A program made the position numbers and the translations under genes. The notes under the pieces were generated by a model. That model was not told the origin of the DNA. It saw nothing but the letters and a program-made list of their open reading frames with translations, and did not search any database. From contig OZ024743.1 in NCBI GenBank assembly GCA_964016885.1, positions 299,460,001 to 299,524,000 on the forward strand: a stretch of 64,000 nt of DNA, given 5' to 3'. The stretch comes from Eledone cirrhosa (Eukaryota). Positions 1 through 14,809 of this stretch are shown one piece after another. Numbering within the stretch: position 1 is the stretch's first letter; each line of letters opens with the position of its first letter.

Positions 1-235
1 GCTGCGCCAATGACTACGACTTCAGACTATAAAATCCGGTGTTGGAATGATTCTGCCAACTAGGTTTTAAGGGTTTTCTTTAGATAAGGAAATAATAGGA
101 TTTATGTAAGTTTGATTTAGAGAATAGAATTCCACAGGATTCGTGATTATATAATATACAGTGTTTACTATTGGCTAAGGAAGACTGGGTGAAATTGGTT
201 AGAGGATATATGTTTTATGTAATTTTTCATTTACC

Positions 236-433
236 TTAAGGCTGGTTATTCATTATCATTATAAGTGAATTATGACATGTTAGGTGTGTACGGAGACATT
301 TATCTGATATATGTTCCTTTGTGGTATAAAATATATTTCTAAAAATCAACAACAAAATGTGCTTGGCGTTACGCGCTCTTGTTTTCCCTAGGAGAATATT
401 CAGATTCCTTTCTCGTAGGTAATTCTGTATCAT
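236..433 (-). pseudogene. possible decayed LINE ORF2 C-terminal remnant
   Basis: ILLGK...KHILLLIFRNIFYTTK loosely resembles the C-terminal helix of L1/Tx1 ORF2; no catalytic motif seen. Confidence 0.2.
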
Positions 434-776
434 TCTATTATGGATACTGAGAAGATTTTCCTCACAGGGAAATGTATTTTCACTGACACAAAACTGTCTA
501 GCTTCAATAATTAATAATAATATATTTCTTAATTCAATTTTACATTTCTACAATTTCCATATAAAATATATTACCATCAAGAATATAGTAAAATTTAGAG
601 ACACTTGCCAAATCAGATCTATATTATATCAAAGGGAAAACAAAATGTTCTAGACTGGCACAGACGGAGACTAATACTGGACAGGATGACACGTGAGTAG
701 TCTAAAATAAATCACTTTTAGCTTAATCTATATTGAACTCATTTATATTTCGGCAGAATGTGCATGTATTTCTAGT

Positions 777-812
<36 letters not shown>

Positions 813-853
813 CAGAGACATAAACATACACACATATGTCTATATGCATAGAA

Positions 854-917
<64 letters not shown>

Positions 918-1301
918 GTGTTTGTGTGAATGTTTGCCGATATGTGTGTCCCCGTCTGTCTGTATGTGTATGTGTGTGAATGTGAGTATATTCTCCGGTT
1001 CCTGCTCCAAATTTGCTCTACACTTATTATTAGCTGAGTGAAATATTCCAGAGATAAATCAGCCGACCATTTCGTATTTTTCTTGATTGAATCTAGCTAG
1101 TCATTGCTTACTCGCCAACTCACTTGCGACCCATTTCACCCCCACGACACCTCATTTTACTTCACTCCACTTTACTACATTCCTGTTCTGTCATATAGCG
1201 ACTCACCCCTTACCATTTAGACATGTTAAATACATTCATCTCAATCTGTGACGGCTCCGTATTATTGGTTTCGATTTCTAGTAATAATGAGGATGACGGA
1301 G

Positions 1302-1356
1302 ATGATGATGATGACGAAGAAGATAGGTGATGATGATGATGACGACGACAACGACT

Positions 1357-1394
<38 letters not shown>

Positions 1395-1422
1395 AATGGT
1401 GATGATGATGATGATGATGATG

Positions 1423-1498
<76 letters not shown>

Positions 1499-1508
1499 TA
1501 ATAATAAT
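1302..1508. repeat. compound (GAT)n/(AAT)n microsatellite
   Basis: direct reading; explains the poly-D/N/M/I ORFs. Confidence 0.95.
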
Positions 1509-2284
1509 ATTTGTAGTAGTAGTATCAGTAGGAATAGTAATGGTATTAAGAAGAAAAAAAGAAGTGGGAATACAAAGAATAAGTAGAGAAGAGGAGAATA
1601 TATGTGATACAACAATAGATGACTGACTACCTTACAATACAAACATTTCTTTCGATTTATCATTGGATGGATTCCAAAATTTTAGGCAGAAATTATCAGC
1701 TTCGGAGAATATATTTGATATAGCAACTCATTTTTCATACCTTTCCTCTCCCTGGCCAGCAATACTCAAAATAAACAGCTGTGTTATATGAACGGAAATA
1801 TATTGAAATAATCTAAACTGGTCAGCCATAATATTCGTTTTCAAAATTTCGCTTGTGTTTTAGTTTTCTATTTCTATTAACAGAAGGAAATTATATTTGG
1901 TTAATGAAACTCTATTTCTTTCTTTTTCTGTATTGATAATTTATTATACTTCCGGCTTACATTTTACTTTCCTTTCAGCAAGTAAATTGTTGAGTCAAGA
2001 TATATTTTGTAACTAAAAAATGGAACGGAGCCCATTTTATTTGATGTCAGAGCTGTAATAGAAAACAGCAACAACAAAATATAGTCTGATAAAATGTACG
2101 TTTTCCCCATAAGCAGTCATGTATATTTATGCGAATACATAGCCATATGAAGTCATGGATACACATAAATCCACACACAGCTATACAAACAGAAATATCG
2201 AAATTATGAAAATTATCATTATTGTTATTTTTAGGCTTTATTGTCCCCAATGATTTGGTTTCCTTTTGCTGAATAAAAGAAATC

Positions 2285-2473
2285 AATTGATTGGCTGTAA
2301 CAGTATAGCTCTATGGCTTACAGCTACGGCTTTTTACATTCTGAGTTCAAATCACGCCGAAATTAGTTTTGCCTTTCATCCTTACAGGTTCGATAAAATA
2401 AAGCACCAGTAACGCACAGGGGTCGATTTAATCGACTTTCCCCTCCCACAAAATTGCTGGCCTTCTGCCTATA
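2285..2473 (+). mobile_element. tRNA-derived SINE, family A (diverged copy)
   Basis: B-box GAGTTCAAATC followed by core TTGCCTTTCATCCTT..GGTTCGATAAAATAAAG-ACCAG shared with other copies in the window. Confidence 0.8.
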
Positions 2474-2965
2474 GTTATTATTGTTCGTAACGCTTTTGTT
2501 CTGCCAGATGTTATACAGGCACTACACCATAGTGAATGGCTAAAGGTCTTTTAGGTCAGTCCTTCGCCTTCAACTTTCCTTCGTAGAATGCTTGCTGTTC
2601 CCAGAAAGTCTGTTTTCTGCAACAATCTTGTCCTGGTGGTAATTTCTAACTGCTCAAGCCATGTATCCAACCTTCTACTAATTGCTCTCAGTCCGCCAAC
2701 CACAATCGGTACATCTACGTGTCTGATTTTCCAGTTTACTGATTTTTCTCTTCTGGTATTTTTCAACTTTCTCACTTTCCCCCTCATTCACCTGTGATCC
2801 CATGGTGAAGCAATATCCACAATACATGCCTTGTTATTCTTCTTTTCTACGACAGTAATGTCAAGCTTTCTAGCCACGATAAAATGGCCGCACTGGATGG
2901 TCATGTCCCACAAGATATTATACTGTTCATTCTTAACCACCCTTTCCGGTTAGTTTTCATACAAG
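2474..2965 (-). mobile_element. 3' fragment of a restriction-like-endonuclease non-LTR retrotransposon (R4/Dong-like)
   Basis: minus strand reads ILWDMTIQCGH..ARKLDITVVEKKNNKACIVDIASPWD (R-PD..D nuclease motif), then VPIVVGGLRAI..LQKTDFLGTASILR; ends in a short AAT tail. Confidence 0.8.
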
Positions 2966-3049
2966 GATTTGATGGCACTGATAGTACGAACTCAAGACAG
3001 AGGGGGAAATATTCGGCACCAGCACATTTCGATAATTGTGGATCTAATG

Positions 3050-5835
3050 ATGGTAGGTATGTCACACGGTGCATACAAAGAAATTAGGAATAGCTTTTTT
3101 GAGTTGTGGAAACCCCGAATATAAAACCCACATCAAGACCTTTAAAGGAGTGCACAAAGCAGACCCCACAAACACCCGGGAGGTAGGTAAACCTTTCTTC
3201 TCCCTTTTAGCCTGGCAACATTGCCATTCTAAGAGTAGCGTGTTTAAATGTTCGTGACATGGGGTTGTCGTGGAAGTAGGGTCGGCTGCTAAACGACCTC
3301 AGGGCACTAGATATGGATTTCCGACACGCGCGCACTAGCGCCCCTTTTCGATGACTATTACATCTTTGCCTCTCTTAGTCGGCCTGGAATTAGAGGTGCG
3401 GTGGCAGTACTATTTAGGAGTGGCCAGTTCGATTTTCTGGGACTCGGACGGTATGTTGGTGATCTTGGACGTGAACAATAGGGAAAGTTTTACATTTAAA
3501 CTGGTGGCAGACTACGCTACGACTGCGGAAGGAAGGCCGGACTTCTTTAGGCACCCGGAAGCTTTTCTATGAACGTCTCGTTCTTTATTGTTAGCAGCAT
3601 TGTAGACGCACGCAAGGATTGTGTGGAAGTAGCTGATAGGAGAGGGGTGTGCAAAAGTCTCATGTACCTGATAAGCCAGTTCTAAGTGTCTGACAGGATC
3701 CTACTAGATCTCCTTAATGCGTCAGTGTGGTCATCTACATCGTATATTGATAGGATTCTCATTAAGACAATAGATAGGAATAGTGTAGGCTGTTCACCTT
3801 TTCAAATTGTCGTCTATTCAGATCACAAGTTTGTGATCTGTATGGTCGACCTAGATAAGATGTGTAGGTTAGGAACTGGTTACTGGAAGCTGCACATTTC
3901 GTTTACGGCACGTAAGGCTTACAGGGATCGGCTCAACAATTTAGTTAAGCAAAGGTTGATAGGGGAAGTCATTACCAAGTGGTGGAGGGCTCTCAAAAGA
4001 GAGGTTAGAGTAATTTCGATAGCGTTTAGCAATGAAGTAACGTTGGAGAAATGTAGAAAGGATGGGAATCTGGTTTTAGACGAGGCATGTAGTGGCATTG
4101 CAACTGACGTACTAGCAGTGATAATGGCATTATACCTTTCCTTCAATGCGAAGCACCAATCATTGTGAGAGCTAAGACGCGGGCTTTGAGAAACAAGGAC
4201 ACCAAAGCTGTTCGGTGGACCGGCGTAGCTGAGGCGCAGCGTGGAAACAACACCACAATCTGGTCTTTGACGGGCCGAAACGGACGGGAGCCGCAAGATT
4301 CCAGGCAGATATGTGAGGACCTTCGCCAACATTTTTCTCGGTTGTTCGTGCATAGTAGTGTCGAAGACTGTGGCGGACTTCAATCCCTACCTCGGCGGCC
4401 TACCACCTCTATCGACGGCCGATGCTGGGCGCTGCGAAAGTGTGATGACTTCAGCCGAGATTCAGGATTCCCTAGTCACCTGCACGAAGGGCATGTCACA
4501 TGGTTTGGATTGTCTGCCCTACGAGCTTGTTCTCCGATCTGCTTGAAATGTTCTACTACAACGGGCAGCAAAACGGGAGTACTCCCAGTTTTGTGAACCG
4601 GGCAGTAGTGACGCTGATGAAAAAAGACGAGATCAAAAGGGACACGTTAGACAACTACAGGCCCATAACTCTGCTGAACGGAGAGTTTAAAATTTTACGT
4701 GAACGTTTTAGCGAAGAGGTTGGTGCTTGTCGTCGAGGATTTTGTAGGGGAGGTGCAAACTTGCGCAATCCCGACCAGGTCCATACACGACAACCTCCAT
4801 CTCGGCCTCTTTCCTCCCTTCTATACGTATTGACGACCCTCGAACCTTTTTGCGGAAGCTGGTGCCGTCGCAGGTGATTCTGCTCGAACCGAGATGCGGA
4901 AAGGTTGTGTCGGCATATGTGGACATCACCGTGAAGGTGTCGAATACCTCGGAAATCGAGGTGGTCGGCATCTTATTGGAGAAATATGAAAGTATAAGGG
5001 GAGCGAAACTTAACCTGGAAACGTCGGTCGAAAGGATTTGCAGCTCGGCACCTGGAGAGGCAAGTTTATGCCGTCCATCGGCGTCGTCAGGCGCTGGACG
5101 AACGGGCCGGTAGAGTTGCTTGGGGTTTGGTTCGGACCAGACCACCAGGTGGATAAGGATTGGGCCGAGAGGAAGCTTTCCCTCAAACGTTGCTCGAAGG
5201 TGGCAAACGCATATATCACGTCCGTCATGTAGTAGTGCCCGAGTCGTGCCTTGCCTTAGTTCCCGCCTCGCCAAATTGGAGCGGCTCCTCAGAAACCTCT
5301 TGTAGAGAGGACAGGTTCCGTTGTTGAGGCGTTCCCGCTGCTAAAACTACCCTCTAGGCGGTGGGCTGGGCATGCCATGGCTAATGATGAGCAAATATGC
5401 ACAGAGGTTGCAGCATCTCGAGATATTCTGCCTAAACTGTGAACAGTTGTGTTCGCCGTTTGTGAGACAAGTCTTTCCGCAGCTCGTCTTTTTGACCAAG
5501 CAGCATTTCTGGGTCAAGAAGAGACCAAGACTGGCCAAGACTGGGCCAATACTATTGCCAGCCATTCAATGCCCTCTCCCAGACGTGCAAAGCGGTTAGT
5601 GGAACGTCCACTCTCGTGTAGTATATAGGATTAGTTGTAAGTAAGGGCGACAACACACACGCAGAGGCTCTGGGAGAGGACCAAGTCGAACTGACCAGTC
5701 GACTGACCGTCGAGCAGGGTCTATAAATAAATTCTAGAAATCCTTCGCTTGGCAGTGCTACCGGCTCACTGCTGGTTCGAGATAAATTCTACAGGCACTG
5801 AAGTGTTGCCACGGAGCGACGAAACCGTTCTTCTT
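3050..5835 (+). mobile_element. degenerate L1/Tx1-type LINE, same family as 41292-46245
   Basis: frameshifted fragments match ORF2 of the young copy (GRPDFFR, YSDHKFVIC, GYWKL, NYRPITLLN, SSLLYVL, LGVWFGPD, GGLGMPWLMM); stops at PRSDETVL. Confidence 0.9.
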
Positions 5836-6231
5836 CCACTCGCCAAAACATGTAACGCAACAAAAGAATACCAAAATCATTTTCCAGCATTGGAAAAATC
5901 TCATAGCACAGCCAACACTACATTGACCTCCACAGTTATTAGTCAGTCACATTGAAACTTTATAAGGCTGTGCGTGGTGACATATTATACGACAGTGCAT
6001 ATATTTGCTTTTATTTTTATAACTAAATCTTCTGCGAACTGTACCTCACATTTGGCAGAGTCAAAATGTTTAAAGTTTTATCAATCATGCTTTGTTTGCC
6101 TTTACTTGGTGTAATGCTGTATGTTGCCTTCAGCTTTCTGCTGACATAATTCTATATCGTGCATTGTCTGTTGTCTGGCATCTTGTACTTACAGTATGAT
6201 ACTGTAATTATTTGTCTGTAAGCCAAATAAT

Positions 6232-6409
6232 TGTTTCTACTTTTGGCACGAGGCCAGCAATTACCCAGTGCATTACTGGTACTTTATTTTATCGACCCCG
6301 TAAGGATGAAAGGTAAAGTCAACCTCGGCGGGATTTGAACTCAGACCGTAAAGGGACGTAACTACGCCGGAAAGCATGGCGTCCGACTCTCTACCGATAC
6401 TGCCTATCC
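6232..6409 (-). mobile_element. tRNA-derived SINE, family A, with 12-bp TSD
   Basis: A/B-box head and conserved core; TSD AAGCCAAATAAT at 6220-6231 and 6410-6421. Confidence 0.9.
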
Positions 6410-7054
6410 AAGCCAAATAATGATACACATTGTTCCGAGTCCTTTCTAACGTTTCCTAAGTTTCATAAGATAAAATTCGTGTTTGCTGCACTAACCTGAA
6501 TGTATGTGGGCATACTGTTGTATTTATTGCGTAGCCTCTATCCAAAATTATGTGGTAGGTTAGTTTAGTCCCAGATTATTACTGCCTACATGTATGAGTC
6601 TATAGTGATAATGTATCTGTGTAAGGTGCAGCAGACCGATCACACAGTGGAGTAAGATGGAGGAAAGTGCAAAGTTTTTTTCCAATGTTCAATATGAACA
6701 CGTTTCCTATCGTAACTAGAGGCTTCTTAAATTTAATTTAACAAATACATTTTCCACAAAATCATAGATATAATAAGATATTTCATAAATCCATTATAGA
6801 AGATGTCTATGTAATAGAAAATCATAGATTCCGCATCAAACATCATTTTGTGGGGCGTTGAGATTATACTCAGGCTTTTAGCTGGCTGAAGAATATTTGA
6901 ATTAGCTCTCTTAACAGAACATCCAGGACATCGTTATTGATCTAAATGTAAATTACATAACACGCACCACACCTACACCCACACCTACACCCACACGCCC
7001 TCCCACCACACACACCCATATATATATATATATATCAAATGAAGAGGTGTATAT

Positions 7055-7146
<92 letters not shown>

Positions 7147-7259
7147 CGTATGACTGAATGTCCACATATAATTTCACACATGCATATATGACTATATGCA
7201 TGCACATAAATAAGTATGCGTATCCACCTGTCTATACACACACATTCATACACATACGC

Positions 7260-7282
<23 letters not shown>

Positions 7283-7290
<8 letters not shown>

Positions 7291-7351
7291 CGTATACATA
7301 CTTATATTTAAGTATCAGCCGTACTAAGAGTGAGAAAGGAAATTTCATATT

Positions 7352-7356
<5 letters not shown>
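7283..7356 (-). repeat. fragment of a (TA)n-associated repeat also at 34410-34710 and 53783-54255
   Basis: reverse complement of GAAATTTC.TTTCTCACTCTTAGTACGGCTGATACTTAAATATAAGTATGTATACGTAC. Confidence 0.8.
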
Positions 7357-7437
<81 letters not shown>

Positions 7438-7879
7438 AGTACTAAATTGATAGAAAGCAATTCCAACTCAGTAAATATTACGAGTAACAGAATTTCAACA
7501 TTAATTATAATAATAGATTTCTCTCAATATGCTGCTTAAATTGGAATGGAAGTTTGAGTAGGAATATTTTACATAAAATGGATAGAGACGGCAACGACAT
7601 ATTACTAAGATTGAGTTATCTTCGTGGAATAATTACTTAAACCATAAATCGATAGATATTACTTTAAAGAATTGCCGTTTCCTCCTTAATAAATGGATAA
7701 AAATACACGCACAATAGTTTCTACTCACAGACATACAACTTGATCATACATATCTGTGTACACAGCGCACGCACTTATGTTTGCGTATCTGTCATGTGGC
7801 TTTTATTGGCTAAATTGCATATTGTGATTATACAATATCTGTATATGGGTAGATGTGTGTCTTTCTACAAATGTATGTC

Positions 7880-7978
<99 letters not shown>

Positions 7979-8076
7979 GGTATTTTATTTTATATTCTGT
8001 GCTTCTCGTTTAAGTCTATACTTATAATGCAGATTATATTAATATCTCGTCATACACATTCATATACAGTATATAC

Positions 8077-8111
<35 letters not shown>

Positions 8112-8207
8112 CATACACACACATATACATATATACATACACACATACATACATATATATATATATATATGATTATATTAAAATCTCTTCATACACATTC
8201 ATATACA

Positions 8208-8243
<36 letters not shown>

Positions 8244-8830
8244 GTACATGTATGTGTGTCTGTGATTGAGTCTGTATGTGTGTATGAATGTGTGTGTACA
8301 CACACATATATATATATATATGTGTGTTTATGTGTATAAACACTCACTCAAGCCCTCACTTGTATGAATGTACTTAGCTATGATTATACCTGGCATCTCA
8401 GGTTTTATAGAATATTGACAAAAATAACATATCTTTCCAATTTGCATGGATTTCATGAAATCTTGTTATTGTATAATGGATTGAAAATCCTGATTCTGTT
8501 TATTTTTGTAAGGTGCTCTGTATTTTATTCTTTATTTCTTCATCGAAGACATCAGTTCTGCTTTTAAATTCAGCCCTTAAATATTATATATTGAACATCG
8601 ATTTTCGATTGGATATGACGTCATTCACTTATATATGCATGTTGTTTGAATTACAAATATTTTGTTTGATATTCATAAGTTATATAAAGATAGCTTTGGG
8701 GATACTGGCATTAATAAGATTGGTATTGCTAGCAATAATGTTTGCGGTGATGGTAATGCCAATGTTGTGATGAGTGCGATGCTGATTACGATGATGCTTG
8801 AAGACATATTTAATGTTTAAACAATCATTA

Positions 8831-9008
8831 TTGGCAGTATCGGTAGAGAGTCTGACACCATGCTTTGCAGCATTGTTACGGCCCTCTACGGTCTGAGTTC
8901 AAATCCCGCCGAGGTTAACTTTGCCTTTCATCCTTACGGGGTCGATAAAATAAGTACCAGTAATGTACTGGATAATTGCTGGCCTTGTGCCAAACGTAGA
9001 AACAATTA
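8831..9008 (+). mobile_element. tRNA-derived SINE, family A
   Basis: A-box-like TGGCAGTATCGGTAG, B-box GAGTTCAAATCCC, core GCCTTTCATCCTTACGGGGTCGATAAAATAAGTACCAG. Confidence 0.9.
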
Positions 9009-10329
9009 TTATGGCTCACTTGTTGCAGGTGTCTGCGATGCTATTATTATACTTATGGTTATATAATTGGTGCATTGGCAAAATTGAGAAACTATCGAAA
9101 CAATGTCTTGCTTTATTCAGTTACATCCCCTTACATTCTGGGCTCAAATTCCACCGAGGTGGACTGTCACCTTTCAAAGATTGTTGAAATAAAACAACAA
9201 GCATTAAATACAGTTGACTGTTCGCTTTCTCAAACTTCTGGTCCTGAGATTGTGCTATAAATAATATTATTTGTGTTGTTGCCCACGAAGGAAGTACTTC
9301 TTCTAGACCGAGTTTCATATCATTTTACAGACAGTAACCTGTTTGTTTGGCATTAGATGTTACTTCATTTTCAAATAGAACACAACTTCTGCCTCTGAAT
9401 ATATTTACTGCCTCAACCTCTGTTTTATAGCGAATATTATTTCATCCCATTTCATACACCTTCACTGTGATTCGATCTATCAGTATTGCTGTTTGATATA
9501 TATGAGTGAGTACGCGTGAGTGTATGTATTTGTGGACGGAGGCAAAGCTGCGGTTTTAAATATTTCGTTTCGCCACCATGCTTTCTGCAGTGCAATATAC
9601 CGTATTTTCTTTAATTTTGAATTTGCCATAATTATGTTCTGTAGGAAAAAATAACTATGTGTCACTTAAGCAAAAAATAAATAAAAAAAATTAAAAAAGA
9701 CATCCCAAAATCTTTTCTATGTATCCTTTCACCCATCTAAACAAATAAATGCAGATAGGATTCAGTTAATTATGATAATTTATTTTGGTAGGTTTTATTT
9801 TTCCCCAGAGGTTATTAAATTATTTTATCTTGATGAACATATTGATAAAATATTTGATGAACATCTTCGTTTCTTAAAGATTTCTCACGAGTCGAAAACT
9901 ATTTCTCAGAATTTCTGACAGGTAGAGTAACAAGGAGGTCTTTGTATAACTTGATTAAATCTCAGAATGAAATCCGTTCGAAAGACACCGGAGAAGTTCC
10001 TTTCTCATATAGCGAAACACGCACATACACAATCACAACCAAACACATAGGCGCGTATGCCCGCACACACGCACACACAAACGCGCAAAGGCACACACGC
10101 ACGCATATATTTGTGGACCCAAATGAAGGGTGTCAAATAGTTTAATTTACTAGTTGCACAACTCGTAAACAAACGTGTACGTAGTAGTACGTAGTTAAGT
10201 ATTCCATAGCTACTCGTATTCATAACAGAATACATAAGTTGAATAAGCCTCACATAGTATAGGCAATTCATATCACCGTCTTACACATATTCTTCGCATA
10301 CACAGTTACACTCAGAAGTTATGAAGGGT

Positions 10330-10435
10330 AGGTATAATTGTGTGGCTAAGGAATATACTTCGCAACCACGTGATTCTGGGTTCAGTCTCTCTGTGCGGTA
10401 CTTTGGGCAAGTATTTTTCATCGGGTTAACCAATG
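10330..10435 (+). mobile_element. tRNA-derived SINE head, family B (diverged)
   Basis: TGTGTGGCTAAG ... GGGTTCAGTCTC ... CTTTGGGCAAGT (pol III boxes plus CORE-like segment); a second copy lies on the minus strand at about 10778-10875. Confidence 0.6.
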
Positions 10436-10503
10436 TCATGTACGTGTAAATTCCCATATATATATGTATAATAATAAGGGTTGACGGACGCAGCATATTT
10501 ATC

Positions 10504-10534
<31 letters not shown>

Positions 10535-10565
10535 CGTGGGTGAGTGTGCGTGTGTGTATGTGTGG

Positions 10566-10608
<43 letters not shown>

Positions 10609-11270
10609 TGTGCGCGTGTGTATGTGTGTTTGTGGTTACATCTCGTAACTTAGTTGATCGATAAAATAGAGTTTGGAAAAAAGCAATCACTTTCTTCTTT
10701 GTCTCTCTACTCGTTCTCTATTTATCTCTATATATATCTATAGTTTCTATGTAGCTCATTCCATCAACTAACAATGAACCCGGCACTATATCAGAATACA
10801 GCGGCACGATGTGGTGGGATCGAGCCTAGATCCACGTTTTGCAATGCAAACATAACAGTATAGCCATGTTTGCGCAGACATACAATACCATTTCAACAAA
10901 ACATTTAAAATAATCATTGTTTGAATTAAATTTAATATTTGGTGCGTTGGAGATTTTCGCGAATAACGTTAAAAATATTAGCAGGATTACTACATTCCCC
11001 TCTTTGTCTTTCAAGGATATAAACTACTTCATTTCATATTCCTTTCAAAACATAATTCATCGCTTTAAATATTTATATTTCGTTTTCGTTCAAGTTTACT
11101 ATCTCTACTAATGATAACAGCATCTCTATTGGCATCAGTTATTTAAAAATGGAAAAAGATGAAGACTGATATTTAACTTGTGATTTGAAATTTGATTGAA
11201 AATTTATCGATCTTTTCGAATACAATAATTCATCTGAACCTTAACTTTAATACTGCCACTGCTGCTGTAA

Positions 11271-11322
11271 ATTGCTGCTCCTGCTGCTGCTACTACTACT
11301 ACTACTACCACCACCACCACCG

Positions 11323-11405
<83 letters not shown>

Positions 11406-11410
11406 GCTGC
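11271..11410. repeat. (CTG)/(CTA)/(CCA) trinucleotide microsatellite
   Basis: direct reading. Confidence 0.95.
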
Positions 11411-12289
11411 TCACAACCATACTACCATTACTATATCTACTATTACTGACGATGACTACGACGATGATGATGATAAACATGATGAAGAAGTTGCTAATAC
11501 CTGCGAATATAGCTGCTGCTACTGCTAACAGTAATGATCTATACAGTAAATGTCGTCTGAAGCTTTGCTATGGATACTTACTATAATATTAATGAAACAA
11601 TCATTTTATTACAATTCAGTCAAGTTTGAGTGAAGGGCAGACATTTTCTAGAACCTCTAAAACTTGCAGGAGTGATGGGGGATGTTATTTTCATGCAGGG
11701 AAGTTTGTAATATAATAAGTGTCACTAAAAGTATTCATGGAAATGACAGATTAAGTCTAACAAACAAGTAGCCACGCAAATTACTGGAAGAACTAACAGA
11801 AGGTGTCTTTCCCAATGGTCTCACAATAGCACCGTTTGAACACTTTGCGTTAATGGTGTATGTCATGAACGGCAAATGGATGAACGATCAAGTTGATCTC
11901 ATTGGGATTTGAACTCAGAGCGTAGCGTAGAGAGGTGGAACAAATGCCACAAGGAATATGTGTTCTACGTTCTAATATCTATGAAATGGTTGCCATAAAT
12001 ATGACTATCAATTACAAAAACCACAAAACAAGAAATATATAATAAAATATCATTATAATTATGACAATAATTTCATTGTAATGAATAATAGAAGGGGTGG
12101 GTGTGGTAGATGCAAAGCTGCTCATTGTTATAGTGATAATTTTGATGAAGATAATTTCGACGGCGTTCGATTAAGAGGAAATTGAAGAAAAAATGAAAAC
12201 AATATTGAACAGTTTATTGAAAATAGCTATAGCAACAAAAATAACAAATAACAAAAACAACAAAAAGAAACCACCACCATCACCACCAA

Positions 12290-12354
<65 letters not shown>

Positions 12355-12715
12355 TTCACAACAACAGAATTATCAAATAAATATGAACAATAAGAATATA
12401 AAATAAATAAAAATAATAAAGTCTTCCAATTCATTTTCGGATAACGTTTCTTCGTTGTTTTATATTGGTTGTATTTATTTCTAGATTTTTCTTATACTTT
12501 TGTTATAGTTTTCTTTCTTAATCATTAAAAGGACCCAAGAAATATTGGATTTATTCCAATAAGCTTGTCATCTTTATAATGATGTCTTTCTTTTGTGAAA
12601 GTAAATACTCAATCGGCGGCTCCTTCCCCGACCTGATCATCATCAAATCCAACAAGAACAACACGTAGACACGCAAATACATATATATGTACATACGTAA
12701 CAACAAGTACAACCC

Positions 12716-12770
<55 letters not shown>

Positions 12771-12877
12771 AATATATATATATGCGCATACATATATCTA
12801 TCTATCTATGTGTAAATATGTTTCTATATATATCTATTATATACGTATATACATATAGCGTTAAACATACATCTACG

Positions 12878-12912
<35 letters not shown>

Positions 12913-13092
12913 GTATATACATCTTTTAATATCATTTATGATATATATCAGTGTGCATGTCTTCATCATAAATATATATATACGAAGAGTGTAGTTACAC
13001 GCAAGCACGCGCTGACGCTCACTACATCCACATGTAGTAACACTCACAACCCCCCCCCTCCACACACACATACTCAAATATATATGTATATA

Positions 13093-13168
<76 letters not shown>

Positions 13169-14319
13169 GCTATTGAATGAGTTCCATTTTCCTTACGTTT
13201 CAATGGCATATCTTAATGGCAAAGATAAACATAACTGCTCACAATATTTCAAAGAACTGCCACATTGAAATTTTTAATGTAAACCCGTTATATTTGTCCT
13301 CACGAATCATTGAGGCAGAGATCTGAATTTGTTTAATGACACACACGTACATATGCATGTGCATAGGCATATATATGCAGACATATGCCCACACAATGAG
13401 GATATGTGTGTATGAGTATGTGAGATGTGTGCTGGCATTTATTTTTCTAAATTGATTTGATAACTTAACTTGGCGGCTGAGTGAAAGAAATACTGAATCA
13501 TATAATAATTATGAAACAAAATATCGTAGCGGTGTTAGAAGGGAGAATGTGTTGGTAGATGTGTTACATTCATTGGATTAAATGCCGTGCAGTATATTGA
13601 GTATCCATTTTCTGTTCTGTCATCAAATGCTGCCAGTGTCTCTTCATGATATCTTTATTGTTGGAGGTAACGTGAGAGCTACAATAAATTTACTTACTTT
13701 GCAAGAAAGAATAGCCAATGTACTCTGAATTATTACTGTATGGTCTACAGCAAAAGCCACATTGGCTAAGGCAGATCCGGATTACCGGAGAATATATAAA
13801 TCAAATTGGTATTGCTGAGAAAATTTTGATATCGTGTTGGTCGAACAAACATGAACTAATGCTAAATAACAAAATCAACAATGTGTTGATAGGTAGCAAT
13901 AATATACTAGGGTAAATTTAATTACGAATGCAGCTATAACATCAGAAATAATGCTTTATCATATGATATCAATATAACCAAGAAGGGCTGTTAGTATGAT
14001 TGGCGTCCAGTATCGGATAACATCTTTTGTATTTCTACGGTACCACCTTTTGTATTATGAGTTAAAATCAATGTGAGTCATAGTAAACTATGATTTCATG
14101 CTTGCAGTGTTAAAAAATAAAATCCCAGTAAAATACTGGGATTGATATGAAGAATTCTACCTTCCCTCCAAGCCTCTGGTGCTGTGCCTATAAGGGAAAT
14201 CAATAGGAGCATAAAAGGTGATTTTGATATACGAATATATTTACAGTTGCTTACATTATGCAGGAGGAGGCGGGTATAATTTAAAAACTGTGAGGATAAT
14301 TAGTTATAATTTCAGTATT

Positions 14320-14504
14320 TACGACGGTCGGCTTAAAAAATCATAAGCTGACCAAGATACACTCATGGAACTACCAGATAAGGTTTATTTTTCAACATAG
14401 TCCCCGAAACCCCTCCAAAAAACACTGCTGTTATTAATAAGAAGAGTTGAAATTAATACATGCAATATTTCACAACCCTAGCCTCACTTCAGCCCACCCT
14501 CATA
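14320..14504. mobile_element. mariner-type MITE or internally deleted element
   Basis: imperfect TIRs TACGACGGTCGGCTTAA and TTCAGCCCACCCTCATA, TA at both ends, subterminal TTTTTCAACATAGTCCCC reminiscent of mariners. Confidence 0.65.
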
Positions 14505-14809
14505 CAATATATACTGTACCGTGTATAATAAAGTAAATTAGTTGCTGTTTAAATAAACAATTTATATCAATTGCCTTCACAATACACATGTGTTAGCATA
14601 AGCATTGTAGTACCCTAACTATCTGAGCTTACGAGCTAGTCATTGTAAACCTTTAATGCTCTTCACTGAACATATGGACCAGTACTTTGGATCCCTCATT
14701 CGTGACTTTGTGTTGACCTTGCAGACATTAATCTGCAAAGAGTCTGGGTAAACATCAGCTGAATTAATATCACCAGTTAAAGAGAGCATGAAACAAAGGC
14801 CTATGCTCA

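Noticed and set aside
733-1663. ORFs rich in YI, CV, TH, poly-D/N/L/S here and throughout the window
   Set aside because: Translations of microsatellites, not genes
8831-8910. tRNA gene
   Set aside because: Pol III boxes belong to a SINE head; no cloverleaf
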